A stretch of 64,000 nucleotides of DNA from Antedon mediterranea (Eukaryota > Animalia > Echinodermata). The translations under genes and the position numbers were made by a program. Position 1 is the stretch's first letter, and every line of letters begins with the position of its first letter. This document shows, piece after piece, positions 26,201 through 39,252 of this stretch. The notes below the pieces were generated by a model. It did no database searches. It worked only from the letters and a program-made list of their open reading frames with translations, and was not told where the DNA came from. The stretch spans positions 17,529,432 to 17,593,431 of the forward strand of contig NC_092679.1 in the NCBI RefSeq assembly GCF_964355755.1, written 5' to 3'.

Positions 26201-27101
26201 CTTTGATAAGTATGCTCTATCTTGGAAACGATATACAATAGGGAACACTGGCTTGAACGGCACTAAAGCTGTTAAATTATTCAAAGTACAGTAACTAGTG
26301 TTTTGGAAAGTAAATAATTGTGTTCTTCACTTAAGGTAAGGACAGGCCTAACATTCTGTTCTCTGTTTTTCTCTTAGGTACAATCTTGTCCGGGTTTAGT
26401 GTGCTCTGCTTAAGTAGCAGTACACCTCAAGATGACCGTAAGCAAGACGAAGTAATACAACTCTGCTGTTCCAATCTCTGCGTAGGCCTGTCACAAATGT
26501 TCACGATTACTTTCTTTCTGGTTGGCTGGATATGGAGCATAACGTGGGGTGTCAATATGGTTCTTTTAGCAAGTTAGTTTTGCTTTTTGTGGAATTTTCC
26601 ATCTTTTATCATAAATAAGTAAACGAGTGTTGGTCTCTAGAAGAGATATCATTGTTCGAACACATTTACATGTGCCTCTAGCTCACCACCTCACCACACT
26701 CGTCGCGGTAATACACCGACAAAATTGATAAAAAAAGGGAAGAAAAAGACTACATTCCCGACAAAAACCTGTTATTTTTGTGTGTATGTTTTATATTAAT
26801 TTCCATATCAATCGATAACTATATTGCACGGTCGGTCATAAAAGGCTTATTACACACTCTCATGCAGTAATAATAATAATCATAATGAAACCATAACAAG
26901 ACCTGAATTATTATATTAGAAAAAAAAATCAAACGTAACAATATTAGTAAAAAAACAAAATTAATAAAAACAAACTTTTCTCTACTCGACTACTAAAGTG
27001 TTCAAAATCTTCTTTTTTCAGACCATCACAGGAAGACCCAACAAGAGAATCGTAACCTTAGCACTACTGTGTCTGTAGCTCGAGCGTTTATGAGGATGTG
27101 A
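23288..27101 (+). CDS. STUM: Protein stum homolog, paralog B copy 1 (259 aa, Ser/Asn-rich N-terminus)
   Basis: Exons 23288-23792, 26378-26572, 27022-27101. Motifs TIPYMDVKLAYICLFLNIVIPGLGT and VGLSQMFTITFFLVGWIWSITWG. Confidence 0.88.
25621..25728 (+). mobile_element. Helentron-associated (HINE/DINE-like) short element
   Basis: T-run, sub-TIR AGTCGCG..CGCGACT, (GGTC)n microsatellite, 3' sub-TIR CACGCGACT and stem-loop GCCATGTATATGGC. Copies at 41586-41693 and, inverted, 52743-52834 and 61811-61914. Confidence 0.7.
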
Positions 27102-27181
27102 CCACCAGAGGCTGCAACTAAGACAATTAGTGATGTAGAATAAGTATTTTGTGATAGGACTGTCACTTTTTTTCATAGTGA

Positions 27182-27342
27182 AGGTCAATTACACAGACGA
27201 GCGGCAACGGTAATGAAAAATATAGAATCCTTGTACATATTATGAACATTTACACAAACGCGGAGCGAACGGGTGCTTTCCGCTCAAGATAGATACAGAT
27301 TACACGTGGGACAAGCTCGCAGTTTTCAGTGTAAATTGGCCT
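27182..27342. mobile_element. Small MITE
   Basis: Imperfect TIR AGGTCAATTACAC / GTGTAAATTGGCCT followed by TAA. Confidence 0.5.
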
Positions 27343-28340
27343 TAACTGACTCTCATTTTATGAATATTTAATAATTGTATCAACTTCTACTATTTTATAA
27401 ATACACATATATTAGTTTACGAATTAAGAGATGTTTATTATATAACCATGGAGAAATCTAAATCTAACTTAGGCCTATTTCTTCATGATATAACTTTAAA
27501 ATAAAATTTAATGACAATGGTTTTGGAACCATTCTCAAAATAAAAAGCACCAGAGGGTGACAGTAAATACTTAAATAATTAGTTACTAAGACTAAAAGCC
27601 TGAAAGGCTAGGCACTTGCTAGTTCCTGAAAATGTTCCACGATGGTTCCGAAACGTCAATCTTTTTGAAAAATTATTTTAAAGATAGTTTAAGTACAATA
27701 CTTATTACTAGCCGATTTGTACACATATAGCAAATTATTTCACATATCATAAAGCTCTACACTATCAAACTATGTGTGATGTGCCCAAATATGGTAGTGG
27801 TATGACATCATCGTGTCCATATGGGCACATTACATTTAAGTAGACCTTAAGTATAAGTAAAACAAAAGTTTGAAATAATGAGTAGGTTCTGATGATTTCA
27901 CGTGATTCGATTTTGAGGAAGATTGTCAGTGGTTGAATGCGCGGGTCAAATTTCGTCACGTAGCGTCAATTAAGACCTTGGGGATAGAATATTATATTTA
28001 AAGCGTAACAAATACAAAATCGACGTATAAGAAGTAAGATTATTGACCAAACCTATTCAAAAGTATATAAATATGTAAATACGGACAATTGAAAATCGAA
28101 AGTCACTTAACGAATCATGAAGTATTGTTGCTCAATGTAGTCGTTAAGAAAACAATGCAATTGTGCAAATGATAACCAATCGATGCAGGTAAATAAATAC
28201 AGCTTTCAAACATACAAGTTTGTGAGACACTACTTAACACCTTTACTGCATAATTGTGAATAAAATAAAGTCATTATTGTTGGATAGGCTAATTACGTTG
28301 TACGAGTACTAAATTGATACGTTAAAAAGAATGGAATGGT

Positions 28341-28722
28341 ATGTTTAGTAATCGTGGTAGAAGATCCTCAATCGTAGAACCAATGATGGAAGCTGAGGTG
28401 GTTAAAGAATTCCAGATAGATGAGTCTATAAAGTATAATGATGCAGCTGTGGAGGCTTTTAAGGTGTGGCGAACGAAGACTGAAGCGAATAAAACAATTG
28501 CTAATGCCTCTGCAAAGAAAGGCATTTTGAATCGGATAGCTGGAAGTTTCAAGAAGAGCAATGACAACCGGGAAGAACGGGAGTTCATGGCAAAACAAAT
28601 GGAACTATCTGTAATCTACGCAACGATTTGGGAAAGTGACTCTCTATTATCGACTATACCTTACATGCCACTTAAGCTGGCCTTTGTCTGTGCATTTTTA
28701 AACATAATTTTACCTGGGATTG
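28341..28722 (+). pseudogene. STUM: Orphan exon 1 of stum paralog C, cut off by the duplication breakpoint
   Basis: Same sequence as 44306-44687 with an intact GTAAGT donor. The intron breaks at 28919 and exons 2-3 are absent from this copy. Confidence 0.85.
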
Positions 28723-31700
28723 GTAAGTTTATTCTAGAGTATAAGGTTTATTCTGTATAGTATGATGTGTAGTGTTTCTCTTTCGTATCATACATTTATT
28801 TATTCTATTAGATATTGTTAAAACATTGAAATGAATTATCTTCGAACTATTATAGTTTAGGATTTTTAACTGAAACTGCGAGCAGCGACAAGGTTGCTTG
28901 TTAGCCGGATTATGATATTGTGGCCTTATTAATTTGCACCGTGGTACTTGTTCTACGCTGGTGGTGCTTCTTTGTTTGTGGTACTTATAGTATCATAGAA
29001 CTTTGTAAAATTCTATTGTGCTTGTTTGTGGCACCGGCATTTCTTCGTTTGTCGCACTTCGTAACTTTTTTGCGCTTTCAGCGGCGTTTTGTCACGCTTC
29101 TTCGTTTGCGGCGCTTCTTCCTTTGCGTCGTTCCTTAGCTTTGTTTGCGGCACTGGCGTTTTTTCGTTTGTCGCACTTCTTCGTTTATGCCTATCTTTCG
29201 TTATAGTACTTATTCCATGGTTGCGATGTTTATTTGTTGCGATTCTTTGTTTCTGGTACATATTCGATTGCGATTCTTCGTTTGTTGCGTTTCTTCAATG
29301 AATTATATTCGTGTTTGACGCTTCTTAGGTTCGTGTCTGGTATACATATTCGATTGCGATTCTTCGTTTGTTGCGTTTCTTCAATGAATTATATTCGTGT
29401 TTGACGCTTCTTAGGTCCGTGTCTGGTATACATATTCGATTGCGATTCTTCGTTTGTTGCGTTTCTTCAATGAATTATATTCGTGTTTGACGCTTCTTAG
29501 GTCCGTTTCTGTTACTTATATTCATATTCATTTATTATCCAGAAAAATAAAAACAATAATACAAAAAGCATAAATTACATAAAACAAAAACAAGCATAGA
29601 AAAACGCAGGACACTATCCTGGTATACATATTCGATTGCGATTCTTCGTTTGTTGCTTTTTAATATTTGTTGCTGATATTTCCTCGTTGTTTTGTTACTT
29701 ATTTGACTAACGGTTAAATCGACAAAAACAAAATAAAATAACGGAATATATACAATTGTTTTTCCTTTGTCCTTTCGTAAAGCTAAAGACATTAAAACGT
29801 CACAAGTCCTTTGGTGTAAAGTGTTATACAAATACATTTACAATAAAAACTCGATTAACGTATATTACCTTGTCCAAACAATGTTGATTCAGACAACAAA
29901 AGCATAATATTCTTTATTACATAAATTAAATAATCAAGGATAAACATGCTTTTGTTCCGCTTCTTCTCGCATAGCAACCGTGGTCGTTCAATATAAAAAA
30001 GCTTTTAAAGAACGTTCGCATGAATGAATTCGCTCTTCCCTCCTGGTTCACACTGAGCCGAATCCCGGTCCTAAGATTTGAGAAGAAAAAAAATGAAAAT
30101 GGGTGTTACATACAGAATAGGAGCGTTCACACTAAAACTTGGTTCCTGCTAGGACGCACCGCAAGCACGTAAACGCAACGCAAGCGTGTTTAAGCGTGGT
30201 TCCCACACTAGCGACGCAACACAAGGACGTAACGCAAGTGAATTGACCAATCACAAGCGATGGCTTATTCGCTTGTGATTGCTAACTGTCTATAACTTCG
30301 CTTGTCATTGGTTAAAACGCTTGCGTTGCGTTTACGTCCTTGCGTTACGTTCTAGTGGGAACCAAGCTTTACCAACGACAAGTGACAGTTCGAATAATCC
30401 ATCGCTTGTGATTGGTCAACTCACATGTTGTGTTATAGATTTTAATTTTATACCTCGATGGGATAATTTCATATTTTCGAGAACATGAAACAGCGGGCAT
30501 TGTAACGTTGTTTTGTAAGCCAGTCAAAACCATACACTAACATTCATTATTTGTTCTGGAAAGTACGGTAAATTGAATAGTTCTATCTATTCTTATCCAC
30601 CATACATAGTATTATTTTTAGACGATAGAGATTCAATTCAATTATTGTTAGTTTTGTGCCTTAGGTCCTGTAATGTTGTTTTGTAAGCCAGTCAAAGATC
30701 ATACACTAACATTCATTATTTGTTGTGAAAAATACAGTAAATTGAATAGTTCAATATATCCTTATCCACCATGCATTGTATTATTTTTAGACGATAGATT
30801 AAATTCAATTAATTGTTAGTTTTGTGCCTTTTGACAACAATATGTTATGCGTTGACGATTTATTACAAGAGTGTTAACGAAACTTAATATTTTTGTTTAC
30901 ATATAATTTGAATGCAATAGAAACTGAAGATTTTGAAATGTTTTCAATTACTCTAAAATGTTCCTACTACTAGCCTAGTACTAGTAGTTTGAATGCGATT
31001 TTTTGTATTGCATTTAAATAATGCAATTTTAAAATGATTACTGTTAAAAAATAATTACTGTAGTTATTATAATTATGTTAAAAACAGTGAGTTATTGGTT
31101 GTTGATAGCGTGACTGACGCGCCGTAATTCGTTCCAAAAGTACGCGTTACCCCCATACGCGCGCGAACTATTCGTGCGATAGAACTTAATAACGTTAAAT
31201 TTGCCAAATAAATTCATTCGGTCGCGGCCATATGCCTTTAAAAAAATCTGTAACCTGGAATTGATAATACTGTTAGGCCTAGGCCTACATCATATTCAGA
31301 ATCTTCCGCGTTATTAATTTTGTTTTTTCTATTTGAGGAGGAGAGCGCGTCACTTCCTCCATCAGCCAATGAATGAACTTGTACCAATAGCACCAACACC
31401 ACTCAGTGTGTGAGGAGTCGCAACTGACAAGTGACAGTTCAACCAACATAACTTAGCCTACGTTAGCCTACTGGGTTTTCTAATGTTAGCGTAAACACAG
31501 TAGCTGTTTCCTTGGTTGCCTTAAGTTAAGGATTAAGACACCACGAAACTAACCGGTCATCACAGACAAGCGTTGGGATCCTACGATATCTGGTGATCGA
31601 CGATTTCTAGAATCTGGCGGACAGTAAATTGACTTTTTAAAAAACCGCTTTAGCTAAAGTTTTTGGAATAATTAACGCGAAATTAGGCCTAAGGAGTTTT

Positions 31701-31728
31701 ATTTGTTAAAGCAGAGTTAAAATTGAAT

Positions 31729-34700
31729 ATGGCAGCACCTTATGGACAACCACCGCCTCAACAAGCGGGTGGTACTGTTACTACTGTTACGGTCGTACAA
31801 ACGGAACAGAAACCTAATGCCTGCCGAGCCGCAATTCCCGCCATGCACATTGCGATGGCCGTTGTCTGTTTGATTTTCAACATATTCATTCCTGGATTTG
31901 GTAAGTATCTGGGCTTTATTAGGTATCTGTAGGCTATATTAATACCACACATGACATTCTTTGAAAGAAGGCGAAACATCGAACTTTTAGAAATAACTTT
32001 CTTTATTGTAACCTACTTAGGACCTAGGAGTACTTTATAATCGACAACTTTATTTATTCACGAAATTATAAAATACAAAAGAAGAAAATATAAAACTCGT
32101 TCGCCATAAAATAAAGGTGTTCTCCCACAGGTTCGTCATAGGTAATATACAAATAATACAGTGTATACAGTGTATATACATTCTCAATCAAAACTTATTA
32201 ATATGAAACAATATTATTTCGATTAGGCCTAGGGCCTAGACTTGCTTTCTTACATTGATATGCCTAGGTAGGGCATAGGCCTAGACCACACTTTTTATTT
32301 GGAGAACCACTTTTTTTGGAGGGGGAGGGGGTGGGAGGAGGGGGGGGGGGTGGGAGGGGGGGGGGGTGGCGGGAAACAATCTGTACCTTAGTGGTGTCGG
32401 AGACAAAAGTTAGCTAGGCTAATTACTTGAAAGTAATGCATGATACATTTTATGGAAACCAGTTAACTACACTGGATAACAAAATAAAGAAATAAATATG
32501 TAGACTTATAGGTAGGTTAAACAAAGTAAAAATGTAGATGTTGCTTTTCGTAGGATTTAAAAATAAAATAGAATTGTTAGCTGCGTTCTGCGCCTAGCTG
32601 AAATGACCCTTTAAAAGACATGGCACGTGGATTAGTCGCGCGAAAGGAAGAAGATAATTGATTCAATTCAATTCAATTTCTTTATTGCTGCAAATGCCAT
32701 CAAGGGCTAATATCCGCTTAAACATACTACATCATACAAACATAATTATACATATTTACATTTAAAATTTAAACACATAACAATTATAGTCATTACTACT
32801 GTAGTTATTATTATTTTTGATTATTGTAATTATTGTTATTATGATTATTGTTATTATTGATCTGATCTATATTGCCTAATACTCCTATACTATTGTTTAC
32901 CGTATACAAATTCGATTTTCTATAATAATAATTCATCAAGTACGCATAATAATTCTAATGCACAATAATCGATTTAACGACTGAAAATTGTATCTTCTTC
33001 CAGTAGTATTGTATCTTGTATCTTGTATCTTGTATTGTAATTTTACGTTTTATGTTATTATTATTCATGCATATTCCCTCTCAGTCGCTGTGTTCGTCTG
33101 TTCTAACAATACTAAATATTGTGAATGCATAATTGTGTATTTTGCATGCAATGAGGTGGGGAAAAAAATACAGAATTTGAGTTAGTCGTGCGAAGAAATA
33201 CATTTTCTTTACATTAGGCCTGATCCAAATATGGAATAATAATTAATGCCAAAATAAGTGCAGTAATAAAAATGAATTATGACCGTAATGATGTTTTGTG
33301 CGGGTTTATCTTTTATGTATATCCAAGTACTTTTGTGATTGAAATTATCTCATCATAACATCATCAAAATCAAAATAAGATTTTAAAAAAAACAAGCTTT
33401 TTCAAATTTTATTCTAACGGTGATAGGTAACCTAACCATATACCTATTGTAATTTTTAAGCTCTGTCTACACTATCAAACTAACTTGACAATAAAAGTGT
33501 AATGTGCCCAAATATAGTAGTGATATGCTCAAATTTGGTAGTGCTATGACATCATGATCCATATGGGCACATCATTGTTTGTCGCATAAAGTAGACAGAG
33601 CTTTTATGTTTGTTTTTGTCGATGGGATACATGAACACTGTTGTTGCTTGGTAACTCATTATTTGGCATGGTTACTTGGTAACATAAATTAAATTATAAA
33701 TGTTGTTTAAAATGTTACCATGATTACATATGAATTCAGTTAATACTCATTATGGAAATATTTCTATGGGAAATTTAAATCATAATTTAAAATCGTACGG
33801 TAGATCGTTTAGGCCTATAATCATGGGACACGTATAGGCGGCCCCCTCCATGGAAGCTGCTGCGTATTTGACGTCTGTTTTAAAGTTCAGATGCAGAAAA
33901 ACACTACTTATCATACATTCTAATAAATATCGATTTATGTTTCCCTTGTTTCATAATTGTTGAGGTTTGTTCACGGAGTTTTTGGATAATTTATTGGGGA
34001 TGGATGGGGCCGGTGTTGTAGGTTAAAATTCATATAATTTTGCGTACAAATAATATTGTAAATAACGAGGCATTAAAACAATTATGAAAAATAAAGTATG
34101 GCAAGCATTTTTTATCACATTCGTATATATAAATGTTCTAGGGAGTCATCACTGTGGTAACCAGGTTAAACTACCTAGCTAAATGAAAAAAGAAGCTGAA
34201 AATAAAAATAAAAAACAAAGTACAGATAACATTTTCTAAATAATAGATAATACATGAGAAAAGGGGGTACCCCACTGGAAGCTTAAGCTTTAAAATGTGG
34301 GTCCAGGCAACATAGTTAAGTAAGGTAAGAAACATGTAAAAAACATGATAATGAACAAAAATGGCATTTAACTTAACAAATGCCGTATAATTTAACTTAA
34401 AACAGATTATATTAATTAACTTAAACAATAATAGTAGAAACAAGGTATTCATTTAATTTGAACTTAAACAAGAGATAAAATTAATAATGTTGAGTTCTTC
34501 TGCTAGAGAATTCCATATTTTGGGTCCTTGAAAAGTTTGAAATTTTTAATAGCATAAATTTGCAAAATTCTGTATTTGATAATTAAGATATTTTTTTAAA
34601 AAAATGCACATTGGACAATACTAGCTATTAGCTAATTAACCTAATGGGTAATTTATCCACTATCTATATTTGTAATTCGAATGCCGGTTATAATTGGCCT

Positions 34701-36644
34701 ACTAATAGAGATTGATGATCTATACTCTATGCGCCTGTTACGCATTTTATAATACTAAACTTGATTAAGGGCCCCATTATACTAAACGATATTCCTATCA
34801 AATGCAATATAGTAAGAAGTTTATCTGCTACTATGGACATTTAGGATCATAATATTATGATGTTGTTATGGTGGCATGTATTTACCTATCGATTTGTTTA
34901 AACAGTCCACAATTGTGTTTTTCCATTTTGGTCCTGTTTATATACGTTGAATAGTAATATGATATGTACACCAATTTGATCATAAAGACACATCTCAAAT
35001 TCAATACGGAGACTAATAGCTTAGATACCACCTGATAAGCTAAATTTATTTTGTAATAATTACGGTATTGTAAAATAAATGGTCGCAAGATTCTGTTCTA
35101 CTATAATATAGCCTATATAAGGTCAATAACGTCAATAACGTAATATAGAAGCCTCTATAATTTGTTTAAAAATAAATTTATAATAATAATTTATATAATA
35201 ATTACATGGACGCAAAATTCTGTTCTATTATAACATAGTCTACTTAAGTGAAAGTTGGGCTTTGGCTTTCGTCGTAATACAGAAGCCTCTATAATGTGTT
35301 TACATTGAATTAGGCCTAAAGGCCATTTATTTTAATGAATTTTGTGAATTAATCATTTAGTATGAACTAACTATCCACTGGAGCTAGCTATATGTTGAAA
35401 CTTTTCATTGTCTGTATTTGTAATAGCTCATAATTCGTTGAGTCGTGTTCCGTTTTACGTCGCTACTCAATTTTTTTTCTTTCTTTTTTTCTTTCATTTA
35501 TTTGGCATCTCAATACATAACATTAAAAATACATCAATAGGCCTAATATATATTATCACCTTAATACGATTTTCTAATATTTATCGAAAGGGTGCTGTTC
35601 AAAATCAATTAGTTACCATTGGAAACATTTTTTTTACAAAGTGAATATGATAAAACGATTATGTGGAAATAATTAGGATTGAGTAAATGTTGGTATAGGA
35701 TAAACACTGTACGTTATGCAATTGTATTAATATTAGTATAGTAAAACATGTTCACGTTGACACTGTTGTTTGTAGGCCTACGTAAATAACCTAGTATAGA
35801 AATGAGTAAAATACACATTGTAATCAAATACTGTTTTTCTAATAATTGTAAATTATTCTAGTAAAATTAATTTAAAATAAATTATATTTATGATTTTAGG
35901 TACAATTATGGCGGCGTTTGCAGTGTTCTGCTGTGCGAACACAGGCCAGTCGGGTGGAGGGAAAGTTGGTACGTTTTGTCTCAACTTCTGGGTAGGACTT
36001 CTGCAGTTGGCGACGTGTTGGATCTTTTTGATTGGCTGGATCTGGAGCATTATGTGGGGAGCTGCTTTTATAGGAATGTCAGGTAAGAACGTGCCATTAT
36101 CTCATCATTTCCATCATAATTGAGTTTATAAAGTAGCATAGGGATCGATTGTATGACGTCATTTGTCTCAAGTCGTCGAGGTCCACTAAAATCGATTTCG
36201 ATCCGACGACCGTAAACCGAAAAGAATGCGCATGTCTGTGACATCCAGGTCGTCACCTGAACCTATATGTGCCGCACCAAATTCAAGCTCACGATGCGCT
36301 TCGACACAGTTTTGGTGGTTTCTAGGTGCAGGCGGCGTCGACCGACGATACATCGATGCGTAAGACCGGCCTAGGTCGTCACAAGTTAAAATCTCCGTAT
36401 TATTGTGTTGATATATACAGGTACAAATACATCTTTTTAAATGTTTCTTTCAGCTGATTATCATTCAACTAATGAGCCTACAACCACAGTAGTGACGACA
36501 ACGGCAGCGGCACCACCACCACAACAGGCAATGGTTGTAACTAATCCGCCACCATACAGCCAACCACCATACAACCAGCCACCCCCAGCTAACCTACCAC
36601 TTCAGCCAATGCCTGGTCAACCAGATTATCCGGAGAAGGTCTAG
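31729..36644 (+). CDS. SPEC3: SPEC3/stum-family paralog A copy 2
   Basis: Exons 31729-31900, 35900-36082, 36454-36644; same translation as copy 1. Confidence 0.88.
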
Positions 36645-39252
36645 AAAAAAACAACTTCGTTGTGTATTTTTACAGACATTCTATATATTTTTTAAAATCT
36701 GATCGATTCCACCGTGTGATATAAGATAATAAAATTAGATAATTTTGGTACTGCAGACAACTTGATTAAAGTGTATATAAGCCAACGTGAACATATTTTC
36801 GTTTGTTTTTTTCGTCTAGTGGGTTTAAGTATTTGTTTTCTTAACCAATTGAATCTGTGATGATGCCGCATAAGCGGATGATACGGATTATTAGATAATG
36901 AACTACGCATGGTCAATTTCTATAGTAATACGCGCCCGTATAAACATTAAACTTGTATCACTGTTTGAATGCGTTTGAATTTTTCCGCGCTATCTTATTT
37001 TTGTCAAATCAACACAATGTTAAGCTCTGTCTACATTATTAAACTGTATGTGAAAAAAAAAAGGGATGTGCCCATACATGTCGACCTTCATCGACTTTTT
37101 TTTATTGTAATTGTTGTTTACATATTTTGTTTTTGTATATTTCTTATGGATGCACCTTCCACTTGGTCTAGTGCCACTAGTGTAAACTCAAAATAGATTA
37201 TTATTATTATTATGGATACGATGACGTCATATCACTACCATATTTGGGTACGTCACATTTTTTGTCAAACTATAGTTTAGACAGAGCTTTAGAAACAAAT
37301 GTCACTATTTTTTATACAGGCTATAGTTAGTAGCACGCCTATATTAAGGGGACACCCCCACCCCCGACACTCAATAAAGTATCTATACTCCATATAGTTA
37401 TCTCTGAATAGGCGATACTGGACTGTTAAAACATGCATTTTTGTTCGTTTATCATTAAGTTTCCCTTTTTATGGAAATGCGTAATACGCGTATATACAAA
37501 CCTACTTCGGTAGTTAATGTTGTTATATAATAATGTATTTCCCTGTATGAAGCTCAGTATCAGTGAATTGAGCGCCGTTTGCTTTATACGAAACTGATTT
37601 TTCAATAGAGGCCGGCGGCCAAGTTTATAATGAATACATACTCGACTCCCATATTGTAGGTGTTGTAAATAAACGTAACTAAAACTGAATTTTGAAGTAT
37701 CTTTTTAAGAATTAAAGTAAGTAAAATATTATTTCTTATAAGTAGACACTGTTGATTTAGCCTAATAAGATTAAGAGGGAATTTGACGTTAACGATAAAT
37801 GAAAGATATACCTCTAAATGTATTTAAATATGGTCTCCTCTGACCTCATCCTCAGCGTTTGGACCTTTTTTTTGTGGTTTAGCTCTGTTTTACATACTTC
37901 TCGCAGGACGTCTGCTTGTAATACGCTAAATTAAGTAGCCATCATGGTACGGTTTACCCAGGTACTTCCCGGTACTTACTAACTGTGTTCTATGCCACTG
38001 GTGGGCCACACATTGGTTTTTAATTGGATGGTTTCTTATTATTGATTTTAATATGGTCTTTAATTAGAGGAATACTTCGTACCGGTATATGTTTGTCTAT
38101 ATTAAGCCTGGTTTCCATTAAAATCGCTACAGCGTTTCCATTAAAATCGCTGCACGCGCAGATGTCGCCGACGCAATCGGGAAGGCTCCCCGATTCATCG
38201 CAGTCAAATCGGCAAAGTTCAACCATGTTCAACTTTGCCGATTTTGTCGGCGATGAATCGTATACGCAAAGAATATTTAGCGCTCGCGTACGTACTAGAT
38301 CCCCGATAAATTCTACACGACAGAGCGTAGCGATTTTATGGAAACCAGGCTTTACTAATTCGTTTGGTTACTACTTCACATGATAAGTAATGTCAAATTA
38401 TGTTTTCAAACATTGTGAATAAATTAATTTTATATTATTAATAGTGTGTCTCTTTGAATGTATTATTTTTTATAAATCCAACTTTCATTTCAGACAATGT
38501 CCATCTAAAATTGTACTGTAATTTATGACTTCTTTCTGAATACAATGTTGTATGCAGCTTGGATTAACGTACAGTTATTGTATAAAATAGACGTACGGTT
38601 TCGTTCCTAATATAGCCATTAGTACGGTGATGACGATGATAATACCATACGAAATGAAGTACCAGAGATGAAGTGAACTTATGGTTTTTATGCTTAAACG
38701 AGTTTTCCTTTTTATTCTCCTGTGTTTAATATCAGAAGCAAATACTCACCTATAAGTACATGATATAAACAGATTCTGACATTTTACCTTAATTGAAGTA
38801 AAAATTGAGGTTTTACAATTTTAAAGTTAAGAAATAACAAGTGGGTATCAGTTTCATACAGCGCCCCCTATCGTTTGATTCAATCGCAGATGAATTTATA
38901 AATGATAATATATCATCTTTATTGAGTGCTAATAAAATATTAAGTAACAGATACCCCGTATGTTGGCTTGCAAACGTCAGCGATCCGCATGCTGTGCGAG
39001 AGAAGTCAAAATGTTTGTGAACAATCCATCAGCAAGCTATATGTAAGGAATATGCATATCGTCTGCTACCGAACAGGTTTTTATTTTTAATCTTCATGCT
39101 CTAACTTCGGGGAATATTGTATGATTTCTACTAATTTGTTCTTCTTGATTTACATCTCTGTAACATTTTTTTAGTAAATTAAATGGATTTTTCTTCAATA
39201 ATAATCTTTCATTAATATTGTTGTTTTTAAATGGAATTTTTCGAAAATTAAA

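Larger units (their letters stand above)
12155..28919 (+). repeat. Tandem segmental duplication, copy 1
   Basis: Recurs at offset +16762 up to 13665, then at +15965 from ~14465. The ORF tracks of the two copies are identical apart from the indel. Confidence 0.97.

Noticed and set aside
27099-27143. TGA-C stop of paralog B followed by 13 open codons (readthrough or Sec)
   Set aside because: Too short to distinguish from chance; no SECIS seen; not shared by paralogs A or C.
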